The notes below the pieces were generated by a model that was not told the DNA's origin, made no database searches, and was given only the letters and a program-made list of their open reading frames with translations. Made by a program: the position numbers and the translations under genes. This document shows, one piece after another, positions 1 to 10,347 of a DNA stretch of 64,000 nt. This DNA comes from Candidatus Brocadiia bacterium (GTDB taxonomy: Bacteria; Planctomycetota; Brocadiia; SM23-32): NCBI GenBank assembly GCA_046538485.1, contig JBKHIT010000002.1, positions 96,001 to 160,000 of the forward strand. The letters are read 5' to 3'. The stretch's first letter is position 1. Every line of letters starts with the position of its first letter.

Positions 1-3000
1 AAAAGAGTTTTAGGCACCACAATAACGCTGTGGATCGCGGCATTGGTGTTTTTGTCGTTGAACTGTGCCGTCGCGGCCCAGCCCCATAATATCGTTGAAA
101 ACTTCACCGCGAGGCTCAATTCAAGCGACCAAATACACTCTTCGGTTGTGACCACGGATCCCTGGCGCGGGGTTGGCCATGCGCATTTGACCTACAAGGC
201 CGAAGGGCGCCATCGAAGGGCCAGCTTGTTTTTACCGGATGAAAAATACCGAGTTCCAGGACCGGGAACCGTAAAAATGTGGGTTAAGGGAGATGGGTCA
301 GGTAATAATCTGCGAATCTGCGTGCGACATGCCAGAGTTCAACATGATCGGCATGGACGTCGTCGCCTGCAACACCATGAAGACATCTGGTCCAGGCAGG
401 TCAAGCTCGATTTCGCAGGATGGAAACGCCTGAGTTTCGATATGAGCGAAATTCCCGATGACCGGTCGGCATGGTGGCGGTGCCTTGAGATCACAGTTCC
501 GCGTGGGCAAGAAGCGAAAATGAGCGGTAAACTTGCTCTTGATGAATTTGTTCAGATTCCCAAAAAGTCGAGGCCAAAGGGGGCTGTGGCTGTAACACTG
601 ATCGGGCCGCGGATACGCAATTTCAGCCGCAAAATCGCTGTCTCACTGGATGTCAGGAATTTCACCCGGAAAAGCCAGGAAATCAAAGCTCGAGTGGTGG
701 CCACTGACCGAAATGAGAATCTGGTTCTGGATCGGGACTTTACTATCAAGGCCGAACCGTTCGCGAGAATAAGCGCCGATGAAAACAAGACTTCTGAACA
801 CCATCTTGAACTTGTGCCCGATCAAATCGCACGGTTTCTTCCACCTTTCAAAGTCCAGTGCGATGTCGGTTCCGAACTAACCGATCTTTCGGTCAGCCGT
901 AGTTTCAAAGTGGTGATGGGCAATAGTATTTATCTGTTTGATGACCTTTCAGATGTTTACGGGCGCTGGTTTACCGCGGGCGGCGGGGATTTGAAAAGTA
1001 TGCGGCATTGGCCGAAATGGATAATGGGAGAGCAGCAGAGATATTCCCCGTTCTACCAGACGTCGGCCAGGCTGACACGTGTGCCGGTCGAGCACAAACC
1101 AACCGGCAAATTACTTGCCGAACGATACCTCGGAAAGTATGCCATGAAATTCGACTATCGGGGCAACGCGGCGGTTTATATGACCCGCCGGCGTTATCTG
1201 CCCGGGAATGCCTACCGGATGGGGGTCTGGGTAAAAGGCGACGGCAACGGTGCTGAATTGTGGGCTCGTTTTCTCGATTACACAGACAATGCAGATTTTT
1301 GGCCCGGTGGGTGGCAACGAATTGGGCGCGGTGGGCGAGTGGTCTGTAAACTCGATTTTACCGATTGGAGATATTTCGAGTTAGAGTTGCCAGGTGGAGG
1401 TATCGGACGCAACACGCCGCGTGGTTCAACGGATGCGCTGGATTTTCCCCTTGAACTGACCGCTTTCCGCATCGAACCGGGGAAAGAAAAGAGTTCCGGG
1501 TCCGTTCAAATTGGAGCCATTCACGTTCATACCCAGCAACCACAACGAAAAACTCTGGCCGTGCAAGTAGGGTATGAAGATGCGGAAAGACGTTGGTGGT
1601 CGGAAGGCGATGCATGGGCTGCAGTGCAAAACAGCTGGCCGGGAGGCGGGCGGAAGGTAAGAGTGACCTGGAACCTGCTGGACCGAAAAAATGAAGAAAT
1701 TGCATCGGGACAAAAAGAGCTCGGACTTAATCCAGTAGCGACGGCAAATGTTGAGATACCTCTGTCAAAGTTCGCGGCGAAAATTGAGAAATGTCTCGCC
1801 CCTTTCCGCCTTCAAGTCGTTGCAACGGATACGGAAGACTTTTCTACTTCCACGACACGTGAATTGATTATCGCAAAACCGGATTCCTCGGCTTTAGTTG
1901 CCGATTTTGAGGCGGAACGGGGATACCTGGGAATGCTGCCGAGGGGCATGGAACGCAAGAAACCGGCCGGGGAATTCGTGGCCTGGACGAGCGCCAAAGT
2001 TTCGCATGGGGGGCAAAGATCGCTGGCCATCAATTGGAAGAAAGAGGCCGGACTCCAGTTGCCTGTATCGGTCGATCCACCTTTGCCGGGCGTGCCCGTT
2101 GAGCTGAGTTTGTGGGTCCATGGGGATGGTAAAGGTGAGATAATGTATCCGTTGATCGGGGACAAACGCGGGGTCAGTCATGGCGCGCACGGTGGGCAAT
2201 GGGATCTGTTTTTGCCACGCACAAGCGCGGGTAAATTTCAAAACGTGGTTAAGGTTGATTGGAAAGGATGGAAGAAGTTGACTTTCAATCTGCCGGTTAT
2301 TCCCCCGACATGGCAGGAAAAACTGCCGGTGCTGGGTTTTGAGGCCAGTTATCCGCTCGGTGTACATCTGATGGTGGACGGACGAGATGCATCGGCAGAA
2401 ATGGGCACGATATATGTCGATGATTTGCGTGCTGAAACACATCTCGCTCCTCAGCATCGAGTCAATATGCGGTTAAGGCCGATGGGGAGGACGAATGTCC
2501 TTCGTCCCGGCGAAGCGGCGCGCGTTTTGGTGACGAATCACGGGATGGCAGACGAGAGTAATGTAGAGATTGAAGGGGGTATTTATGATTGGCGGGGGCG
2601 AAAGCGGGTGGAAGTTGATGAAAAACGGGCTCTTAAACCGATGGCACATGTAGGGCTCGAATGCGGCGAAAAACTGCCGGTTGGTGCATACAAGATTGCA
2701 CTGGATCTAAAACAAAATGCGAAGAAGTTGGAGCACCTCAGCAAGGATTTTCTGGTGGGGGATCTGTCAAAATATCTCGGTAGCGGTTGGGAAGAACAGA
2801 TCGACGATTCGCCGGCTTTGAAGCGGCCCCTGGGTGAAGATTTTGCCCGGATTGATGAAGACTGGGACTGGGTGGAACATTATCCCGGAAACGTGCAGCT
2901 GGATACGCTGAGATATCACATAGGGAGGGTCAGGGAAGACGGCGCGAAACCGTGGGCTTTGCTTGGATACAGCGCTTATTATGCCGCTGGAGTGGGTTTT

Positions 3001-4884
3001 GAGCAAATGATGAGGGGAGCTTTTCAACGAAGAAAAAGGGATGCCGGGCACGCCGTGGATGTCTTCCTGGTTCCTGAACGAATGGATGATTGGGATCATT
3101 ACACCTGCGAGGTCATGCGTGGGGTTGGCCAGGGCCTGGCCGGCTGGATCTTGTGGAACAATCCGGATGGGTCGGGCCCCCTGGCGGTGGAACCCAAAAA
3201 GTTTGCCTCCATGGCGAAAATAGCCGACCAATGGCGCCGACGTTACTGTCCGGAGAAACCTCTGTTGATCGGGGGAATGAGCTCCAATACGGCTATCCCA
3301 TATCTGCGGAAGTTAGGCAAACAAAATGCTTTGGAACATGTCAGCGGAGTGAATGTTCGTATGGACGTCGGACGGCTTTCCCCGGAAGACGCTGAGATTG
3401 TCAATTATATTGAGGAGCTTCGCTCAGAAATGCCTCAGGCTGAAGAACATCGTTACGTTCTTGTGACGGATCTCGACTGGGCCGTTGAGAAAGAAGGGAG
3501 CGGGCTCTGCGTGTTTGACCAGGCCGCGTTTTTGACGCGCTCATACATGATGTTAAACCGTTTCGGAATTCGGCCTGTTTTGCAAATTGCGAACGAAGAT
3601 TATGATCGACTCGGGCTGGGTCTGGCGTATCGGGATCGCCTTTATGTACCGCCGATGCGGGCCCGACCGAGTGATTATCATTTTAAACCTTCCTGGTGGG
3701 CGATGGCCCGGGTGCGAGAACTGTTTGGCAATTTCCATTCGACGGGAAGCGTTGAAATCAGCGATATTATTCCCGGGCAAACCCGGTGCTTGCTTTTCGA
3801 AAAAAGCGGAGAGGATGTGACTGTCGTCGTATTATGGCGTTTGTATCGGCCGGGAGAAATCTCTTTTGAAAATACAGGTCTCGAAGTGACTGAATCATGG
3901 GACCTGTTTGGAACTCCCATTAAGCCGACTGAGAAATGGTTCTCCGTGGGGAAAATGCCCACTGCGTTCCGTATCCCCGTGAAACCGACTGTTGCGGAGC
4001 AAGCATTGAGACTTCTGCAGGTGAAAAGTCCAGATGGGCTGAGCTGGCCCCAGACGGTTATATCGGTAATAAAACCGGGAGGAAAAGATTATAAACAGAC
4101 CGGCGGCCAAAAAGCGGTTTTCAAGGGCAAAACGGTGACTGCACGCAGCTGGGAAGGTAATGGTTTGCGGTTCAAAAAAGGTGGTTCGGAGGAATTTTCA
4201 GTGCCAGTGCCGAAAGATTACGGACTGGTTCTCAGGAAACGCTTCCTGCTGGAAGAGATCGGGCAAGACGCGGAGGTGGCGGTCAATGGGAAAAAAGTAG
4301 CGGAGTGGAATCTGCGGCGGCACAAAAAACAGTTGTCCGGTGGCGTGCGAGATAGCTCTTTTTTCATTGGAAGGAAGCATTTAAAAAATTCAGACGAGGC
4401 AAAAATAACGGTCAAATACCCGGACGCAGCCAATACGATCGAGTGGCGGATTTTTGCGTATCGAGAAGGCGCCTTCCCACTCTCAGCTCTCGGCCCTCTG
4501 TATGCGGAACAGAATGTTGGGCACATAAGGTTTGGACGCAACAGTCTCGGGATGCCACTGAAAATTGCTGGCAAATCATTTAAAAACGGACTGGGGACAT
4601 TTGCCCGTAGTCTGGTGGAATATCAAATCAACGGGCAATTTAAGAAGCTGAAGGCAGAAGTCGGTGTGGATGCCGTCACAGAAGGGAAAGGATCCGTTGT
4701 GTTCAAAGTGTTTGGTGACGGGGAAGAACTGTGGTCTTCACCTGTAATGTCGGGGTTGGATGAAGCCCGACCGGTGGAGATAGATGTGAGCAGTGTAGAT
4801 CGGTTGCGTCTGGTGGTTGATAACGCTGGCGATGGCAACCGCTATGATGCTGCAAATTGGGGCAGAGCCCGCCTGCTGCGCTAA
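1..4884 (+). CDS. Very large secreted multi-domain glycan-binding / glycoside-hydrolase-like protein (3x CBM-like + Ig-like modules, clan GH-A-like barrel, C-terminal NPCBM/NEW2); start probably just upstream of the window
   Basis: The frame is open from base 1 (KRVLGTTITLWIAALVFLSLNCAVAA, signal-peptide-like). It has three WV(K/H)GDG...(L/V)D(F/W)xxW repeats and a GWILWNNPD motif. The C-terminus GLGTFARS...VGVDAVTEGKGSVVFKVFGDG...D.ANWG is typical of NPCBM. Confidence 0.75.
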   Translation, partial: KRVLGTTITLWIAALVFLSLNCAVAAQPHNIVENFTARLNSSDQIHSSVVTTDPWRGVGHAHLTYKAEGRHRRASLFLPDEKYRVPGPGTVKMWVKGDGSGNNLRICVRHARVQHDRHGRRRLQHHEDIWSRQVKLDFAGWKRLSFDMSEIPDDRSAWWRCLEITVPRGQEAKMSGKLALDEFVQIPKKSRPKGAVAVTLIGPRIRNFSRKIAVSLDVRNFTRKSQEIKARVVATDRNENLVLDRDFTIKAEPFARISADENKTSEHHLELVPDQIARFLPPFKVQCDVGSELTDLSVSRSFKVVMGNSIYLFDDLSDVYGRWFTAGGGDLKSMRHWPKWIMGEQQRYSPFYQTSARLTRVPVEHKPTGKLLAERYLGKYAMKFDYRGNAAVYMTRRRYLPGNAYRMGVWVKGDGNGAELWARFLDYTDNADFWPGGWQRIGRGGRVVCKLDFTDWRYFELELPGGGIGRNTPRGSTDALDFPLELTAFRIEPGKEKSSGSVQIGAIHVHTQQPQRKTLAVQVGYEDAERRWWSEGDAWAAVQNSWPGGGRKVRVTWNLLDRKNEEIASGQKELGLNPVATANVEIPLSKFAAKIEKCLAPFRLQVVATDTEDFSTSTTRELIIAKPDSSALVADFEAERGYLGMLPRGMERKKPAGEFVAWTSAKVSHGGQRSLAINWKKEAGLQLPVSVDPPLPGVPVELSLWVHGDGKGEIMYPLIGDKRGVSHGAHGGQWDLFLPRTSAGKFQNVVKVDWKGWKKLTFNLPVIPPTWQEKLPVLGFEASYPLGVHLMVDGRDASAEMGTIYVDDLRAETHLAPQHRVNMRLRPMGRTNVLRPGEAARVLVTNHGMADESNVEIEGGIYDWRGRKRVEVDEKRALKPMAHVGLECGEKLPVGAYKIALDLKQNAKKLEHLSKDFLVGDLSKYLGSGWEEQIDDSPALKRPLGEDFARIDEDWDWVEHYPGNVQLDTLRYHIGRVREDGAKPWALLGYSAYYAAGVGFEQMMRGAFQRRKRDAGHAVDVFLVPERMDDWDHYTCEVMRGVGQGLAGWILWNNPDGSGPLAVEPKKFASMAKIADQWRRRYCPEKPLLIGGMSSNTAIPYLRKLGKQNALEHVSGVNVRMDVGRLSPEDAEIVNYIEELRSEMPQAEEHRYVLVTDLDWAVEKEGSGLCVFDQAAFLTRSYMMLNRFGIRPVLQIANEDYDRLGLGLAYRDRLYVPPMRARPSDYHFKPSWWAMARVRELFGNFHSTGSVEISDIIPGQTRCLLFEKSGEDVTVVVLWRLYRPGEISFENTGLEVTESWDLFGTPIKPTEKWFSVGKMPTAFRIPVKPTVAEQALRLLQVKSPDGLSWPQTVISVIKPGGKDYKQTGGQKAVFKGKTVTARSWEGNGLRFKKGGSEEFSVPVPKDYGLVLRKRFLLEEIGQDAEVAVNGKKVAEWNLRRHKKQLSGGVRDSSFFIGRKHLKNSDEAKITVKYPDAANTIEWRIFAYREGAFPLSALGPLYAEQNVGHIRFGRNSLGMPLKIAGKSFKNGLGTFARSLVEYQINGQFKKLKAEVGVDAVTEGKGSVVFKVFGDGEELWSSPVMSGLDEARPVEIDVSSVDRLRLVVDNAGDGNRYDAANWGRARLLR

Positions 4885-5448
4885 CCCGCATATGGGTCGG
4901 AGAATTTCAGAGAGGTGCAGGTCCGCATCGACGAGGCGGGCCCGCCGGTGGTCGTGTGCAGTTTGCGGGGAGATCTGACGGCTTTGGAGCTGCTTTCTGA
5001 GAAAGTTACAAATGTGAATAGGTTTTACGTGCCTTCTCAGCGCACCGGCGCTGGCTCTGGAATGGGGTGAAGAGTTGGGCCGTGCCAAACGGGACACCAG
5101 TTTTCTTTTTTCCCGAACCTTTCGGTAAATTGTTCAATAGGGCATGATGAGCCACTTTCTGGCCAACAGTCTTCTTCATCTGCCGGGCAAGCCGGCACGG
5201 GCCGTGTTTATTGGATGAGGGGATTTAGATTATGAAATGGGAATGCCCTATGCGCACCGTCGTTACGCAAAAATCGATGCCGGGTATTTACTTGAAACTT
5301 TGCGGGGATAGTTTTTGAGAGGTCTGTGCCGAAGGGGTCGTTAAACTCTACTGTTTTTCGCGAAGCTGGCGGGACCAAAAATAATAGACCGCAAATATGC
5401 GACGACGTGCGCGGGGGAAAAAGAGGAATTGTCCTTCCGTTCAAATAT

Positions 5449-6471
5449 CTATTTTTCCTTTTTGATTTGCTGGATGATTTGTTTGATGTATTTGCCTTCA
5501 CGTGAATCGGGATTGAAGGAGATGGCTTTTTGAAGCGTTTTCAGGGCTTTTTCCCTTTTGCCTTGCTGGGCATACAGGATGCCGAGGAAGTAGTGATCTT
5601 TCTGAGGTTCTTTGAGTTTAACACCGGCTTCCGTAAGCTTCTCCATTTTATCAGTAGCTTCCACTACCTGTTTTTTCAATTGCGCCGGGGGAGTACTCCG
5701 GGCATTTTGCAACAGGCTCATCACGTAGGATGTTACGGCTTTTTCCCAGAAACCGTCTTTGTTTTTGGGGTCAAATGTCCGGACCTGATTGAGAGCCTCA
5801 CTCAGCTCGTCCTTTTTCCCTGATTTTTGCAGAGTTTGGAAACGGATCATCGCTGCTTTTGCCCCATTTCCCCGTTTGTTATCGGGATCAAGCTCGAGAA
5901 CTTTTTCGGCTGCATGAAGTGCCTTTTTGTGTTGCTGGACGCCCATGTAGATATTCATCGCCTGAACATTAAATTCGTAACTGTCTGTATCGGCTGTTTT
6001 GGTTTTTTTCTGGAATGTCTTGAAACTCTGCAATTTTTTCTGTCCGGTTTCCAGCTTTTTGACAAAAGGATCTACGGGAAGATACCCGGCCCAGGAATTG
6101 AAGACTATCCCATCGGCAGTAACCTGCACCAGGAAAGGGTACCCTCCACCTCCCCATTTTTTCATTAATTTACGGTATTTCTTAGCGTTTTCGAGTTCTT
6201 TTCCCTTTCGGTTTCGCACCGTACAGTCGAGGCTTACAGGAACGAATGCTTTGAGCGCCTGTTTGCCTTTTTTGTTGTTGTAAACATCTTTTTCGATTCT
6301 CCGGCACCAACCGCACGACTCGGTCGTGAAGTGCACATAAAGCGGTTTGCTTTCTTTGCGGGCCAGTTTCTTGGCTTTCTCCCAATCACTGAGAAAATAG
6401 TCAACGCCTGCAGCAGCATGAAGAAGCGGAGAGGCGAGGATTAAAAGACAGACGGCAAATAACTTTTTCAT
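5449..6471 (-). CDS. Secreted thioredoxin-fold (CGWC) protein with C-terminal TPR repeats
   Basis: Signal peptide MKKLFAVCLLILASPLLHA; thioredoxin-like motif KPLYVHFTTESCGWC; TPR-like HYFLGILYAQQGKREKALKTLQKAISFNPD. Confidence 0.8.
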   Translation of the reverse strand: MKKLFAVCLLILASPLLHAAAGVDYFLSDWEKAKKLARKESKPLYVHFTTESCGWCRRIEKDVYNNKKGKQALKAFVPVSLDCTVRNRKGKELENAKKYRKLMKKWGGGGYPFLVQVTADGIVFNSWAGYLPVDPFVKKLETGQKKLQSFKTFQKKTKTADTDSYEFNVQAMNIYMGVQQHKKALHAAEKVLELDPDNKRGNGAKAAMIRFQTLQKSGKKDELSEALNQVRTFDPKNKDGFWEKAVTSYVMSLLQNARSTPPAQLKKQVVEATDKMEKLTEAGVKLKEPQKDHYFLGILYAQQGKREKALKTLQKAISFNPDSREGKYIKQIIQQIKKEK

Positions 6472-6835
6472 ATTTTTCCCTTTTGAGAAACGAGTGGATA
6501 GCCGAAATCATAAAAACCCATTATATTGAGCATAGGTCATTTTGAGGTTTTATGTCAATGCATCAGAGCGCTCTTTAATTGCCTGATAGGTGAAACGGGA
6601 AGAACACAAGAACAGTTGAGTCCTGTGTTCGATACAGATTCCGTGGGCAAACCTGCGTTTCGAGTGTATTGGTGGCTTATATCGAGCGGGAGGAATAGAT
6701 TGGACCGCTTTTCCGCCTTTGCTCGGTTGAAAAAACAAGGGCTTGCGGTCATGCTGCACCCTGATCAATAGCAGTTTTATTTTTGTACGAGGCCAAACCG
6801 AAAAGCTCTTTTCATACGGAAGGCAGGTTATAGAA

Positions 6836-9800
6836 ATGTATGTGAGGGTGCAAAACATTCTTCTGTGGGTTTTGCAGATACTTCTCTCTGCAACGTTGCT
6901 GCCCGCGGTTGGCTTTGCGGCGGAGGCGGAGGTCTTACAGGCGAAGGAGATAGAATCAGAACTCGGGCGCGTAACCGACCTCCGAGTGGTTCACCGCGGT
7001 GCTATTGAGCACCTTCAGGATGCCCGTACGCTGACGGTTTATCTTGCTGGCTGGGGAGGGCCTGACCGGGACCCCGAGGTCGAAGACCTGATGGTCGAGG
7101 CGGAAGGACTCTATGGCCTGATTCGGGGAGTCGATTACGGAGCGAGCGGTTTGCAGGCTCAATTTAATGTTGCCACCAGCAACAAGAAAGAGACGGTCAA
7201 GAGACCTGCGGTTGAATCTCTTGCGCTTCTCCAACGTGCGCGTCGTTCAGTGGCCGAGCAGGTAAATGATTTCTACCGACGATGCGTGGCGTTGAAAAAA
7301 GATCTTCGCAAGCGGGTACGAGAAACTGCGCGCCAGAAAATCCAATGGGAGATAACCGAAAAGGCGGCCGCCTGGGGGAGTCCTGTGCTTGAAAGAGGAC
7401 GCCGTTCGGGTCTTCGCTTTGGGTGGAGGTTGCGTGAAAGGGACCGCAGAACGGATTTTTTTGATTACAGCGACGAGCGCAAGAACCACGTTCTCGCCAC
7501 GGGCGCCCGGATGGGTATTTCATTCGTAAACGTCTATTACAACAAGGTTTGTAACTGGTCAGTTATCGAAAAAGAGAAGGGGGAGTATGATTTTGCCCCC
7601 CTTGATAATATCGTCAAACGCGCCCACAAATACGGCATTCGTGTGACCCCAATGCTGGCCTGTTTGAACGGATCACCACCAGAATGGCATCTTGAGAAAG
7701 AGGGCAAGGACAGCCAGTTCACTGTCTTAAGACGAAGACGCCGCCGCGAACCAAAAAAGGAAGTTCAGACAGGAATCAATTTGTTCCATGAACCAACGCG
7801 CAAAGCCTTCACGCGTTTTTTGACGGCCTATGCGCGTCATATCCGGCAAAAATGGGCAGAACAAATTCCGGCCGTCTATGCACCGGGGACCCAGCGCGAA
7901 CTCAGCGCACCCGCAGATCGGTCGGAGATTATGGATCAGTTCTGGCGACGCTGGGACCGAGCGCACGGGGGCGATGGGAAGAGCGAATGGGTGATACCGG
8001 AAGAAATTGACCGTGAGAGAAAAGGCGGTGAACGCGCGTATGTCCGGGCCGAAATGTGCCGGGAGGACTGGCTTATTCAGTACGTGCGAACGGTTCATAA
8101 GGCGTTGAAACAAGGCCACGACGAGTTAATTGTTCAGATGCCGACCACAAGCGATGATTTCCACAGACTTTTCGCGGCTCGAACGGGTAATTCGCGCGAT
8201 CTGAGCCGACTCTGTGAGTTGACGGATAACCCCGGGACTTCCACGGACAGCCCGGCTGGATTCGGAGTGCTGCGCAGCTTGGCGGACGGGGCGTGGCGAT
8301 GGTCGCAGGACGTCCATTCAGGTTGCGGAATCATTGCTGCTGCGGCCACATCAAATGCGACGTTGCACGGTTGTGTGCGGATTGCTATCGGGGAACCTGC
8401 AAACAGTTTGCGGGCCTATTTCCCACGAAGCTGGTTCCGCTATTGTGACTGGCAGATCGGCGGGTTCGGTATTGGATCTTACTACCTTGCGCCGATGCGC
8501 TGTCAGGAACTTTCTGCGCTGATTCTCAACACCCGTCGGGCAGACGCGCCGATTGCTGTACTGTGGAGCCAGAGCAGTCTACGGCGCGACAAGAACAGTC
8601 GTTGGTTCAAAAGCGCGATGGCATGGGGCCATCTTCTCGCCAGGTCCTATTTTCAGTTCGATTATATTGCTGAGAACGGCCTCGCGGAAAATCTTAAAAA
8701 TTACAGAATTTTGATTCTACCGTCGACCCATACGTTGCCAGATGGGGTTAGCAAAACGATCCGGCAGTGGGTTCGAGGGGGCGGTATTCTTCTGGGATTT
8801 GGGGCGCCCGGTCTTTACGATGAATTTGGGGTTCGACGCAAAGGACTGCCTCTGGCGGACGTTTTTGGGGCGGAATTCGCCGGGTTCCGGGTTCCAGCGC
8901 CCATCCGACCCGACAGACTGGTGACGACACACCCGGAAGGTTCGTATGTTTCGATCCCCCCGCACGATTACAAGTTCGAGGCGAGCACTTACGCGGTGCT
9001 TGAGCCAACGGATGGCAAGGCCCGGGCATTTTATGCTTCGCGTCACGAGCAGGTAGCCATTGTGGAGCACAAGTTTGGTGAAGGTGAGGCTATGCTCAGT
9101 GGATACCCCGTGGGGTTTGAGTACTGGCAGGCTGCACCTTACGAAATGGGGCTCGGATTGACCCATCATCGCCAGCTCGATTACAATCCTGAAATTAAAC
9201 GATACGAACATTGGCTGGCAAAAGAACTCGAAAAACGGGGCGTAAAGCGAGAACTGGTGCCGGCATACGGTCGCATGCTGCGTTCCCAGCGCGGGGATGA
9301 TCCCGACTGGTTCCACATCTTCCGCAACAATCCCGAATATCGGGAGTACATGTTCGAAACTGATCGACCGGTCCGGGCGGTCTACGCCATCCCTCGTAAG
9401 AGAGAGGGGATTGACAACTTTTACGTGACTTTTACCAATACTCAGGCTAACTATTTATGGGAACGCGGATATTTCGTCAGCACACTGGCCGGGGGACGTG
9501 TCATGATGGCGGTGCTGGCGGAGGATAGATGGGAAGAAACGCCTGTCGTTTTTGACGCGCGCCTCAGAGTTCCTGTTCCGGCCGAAATTAAGAAGGGTAG
9601 GATCAAGATGCAGCTTGTTGATAGAGGATATACAGCTCGGGAGGCTAAGCCGGCTCATATGGACGGGCGGTACCTTCGTTTTGAAACCTGGCTGCCGGTT
9701 TCTCGCGCGGCAGGATATGCCATCGCGCCGCAGGGAAAAGTCCGTTTGTTTGGACAGACCGAACCTGACGGCGAGACTCCGGATGCGGTCTTTGAAAAAA

Positions 9801-10339
9801 CTCAAGCCTGCGAAAAAGGTGAGAAACTTCGTGCGACTGAGATTCTTGCGCCGGCTGAAATCGGCGAGTTTTTGGAGAAACGGCGGGGCAAGGAACTTCT
9901 CATCGGGTGCGGGGATCGGCGTTACCGGCCGGTCGGCGAGGAATTGGCCACGTGGTTGAGGGAAAAATACAATATTGAGGCCAAAACGACGACAGCAGGT
10001 CCTCGCGCGACGACGAATTGCACATATATGTCAGGTTTTGGTTGGACCCGTTACGGTAAAAACCCGGTGGAGGCCGATATACTTGTGGGCAATGATCAGT
10101 CCAACGGTTTAATGTGGAAGTTCGCCGACAGCAAAGACTGGGTGCACTGGTTACCGGTGGAGGTCAATCAAGATTTCCCGGGTCTTGGGCATGCCATTGT
10201 AATGATGTCACTTCCGGTAAGGACCCGCGCGAACGGCCAGCCCGGCGGCAGAGGGGCCCCCAGTCACCTTATCATCGGCGCCAGCAATCCCTCGGATGCG
10301 CTTCGGGCGGTGAAGGAAATGAATGAGAGATTGAAGTAA
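6836..10339 (+). CDS. Large secreted GH42 beta-galactosidase-like protein with trimerisation (class I glutamine amidotransferase-like) domain
   Basis: ATG 6836 begins a signal peptide. GH42-like N-terminus WSVIEKEKGEYDFAPLD...GSPPEW. Trimerisation-domain motifs PIAVLWS, LKNYRILILP, IRQWVRGGG, LADVFG, HKFGEG. Confidence 0.7.
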   Translation: MYVRVQNILLWVLQILLSATLLPAVGFAAEAEVLQAKEIESELGRVTDLRVVHRGAIEHLQDARTLTVYLAGWGGPDRDPEVEDLMVEAEGLYGLIRGVDYGASGLQAQFNVATSNKKETVKRPAVESLALLQRARRSVAEQVNDFYRRCVALKKDLRKRVRETARQKIQWEITEKAAAWGSPVLERGRRSGLRFGWRLRERDRRTDFFDYSDERKNHVLATGARMGISFVNVYYNKVCNWSVIEKEKGEYDFAPLDNIVKRAHKYGIRVTPMLACLNGSPPEWHLEKEGKDSQFTVLRRRRRREPKKEVQTGINLFHEPTRKAFTRFLTAYARHIRQKWAEQIPAVYAPGTQRELSAPADRSEIMDQFWRRWDRAHGGDGKSEWVIPEEIDRERKGGERAYVRAEMCREDWLIQYVRTVHKALKQGHDELIVQMPTTSDDFHRLFAARTGNSRDLSRLCELTDNPGTSTDSPAGFGVLRSLADGAWRWSQDVHSGCGIIAAAATSNATLHGCVRIAIGEPANSLRAYFPRSWFRYCDWQIGGFGIGSYYLAPMRCQELSALILNTRRADAPIAVLWSQSSLRRDKNSRWFKSAMAWGHLLARSYFQFDYIAENGLAENLKNYRILILPSTHTLPDGVSKTIRQWVRGGGILLGFGAPGLYDEFGVRRKGLPLADVFGAEFAGFRVPAPIRPDRLVTTHPEGSYVSIPPHDYKFEASTYAVLEPTDGKARAFYASRHEQVAIVEHKFGEGEAMLSGYPVGFEYWQAAPYEMGLGLTHHRQLDYNPEIKRYEHWLAKELEKRGVKRELVPAYGRMLRSQRGDDPDWFHIFRNNPEYREYMFETDRPVRAVYAIPRKREGIDNFYVTFTNTQANYLWERGYFVSTLAGGRVMMAVLAEDRWEETPVVFDARLRVPVPAEIKKGRIKMQLVDRGYTAREAKPAHMDGRYLRFETWLPVSRAAGYAIAPQGKVRLFGQTEPDGETPDAVFEKTQACEKGEKLRATEILAPAEIGEFLEKRRGKELLIGCGDRRYRPVGEELATWLREKYNIEAKTTTAGPRATTNCTYMSGFGWTRYGKNPVEADILVGNDQSNGLMWKFADSKDWVHWLPVEVNQDFPGLGHAIVMMSLPVRTRANGQPGGRGAPSHLIIGASNPSDALRAVKEMNERLK

Positions 10340-10347
10340 GATTCAGT

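Noticed and set aside
5232..5318. Small plus-strand ORF MKWECPMRTVV... with a GAGGGG SD-like sequence
   Set aside because: Only 28 aa with no complete CxxC or other recognisable motif; it cannot be distinguished from chance.
6580..6700. ATAGGTG...CGGGAA and GGCAAACC as possible cobalamin or c-di-GMP riboswitch fragments
   Set aside because: The remaining conserved elements (B12 box; GAAA tetraloop and second stem) are not present.
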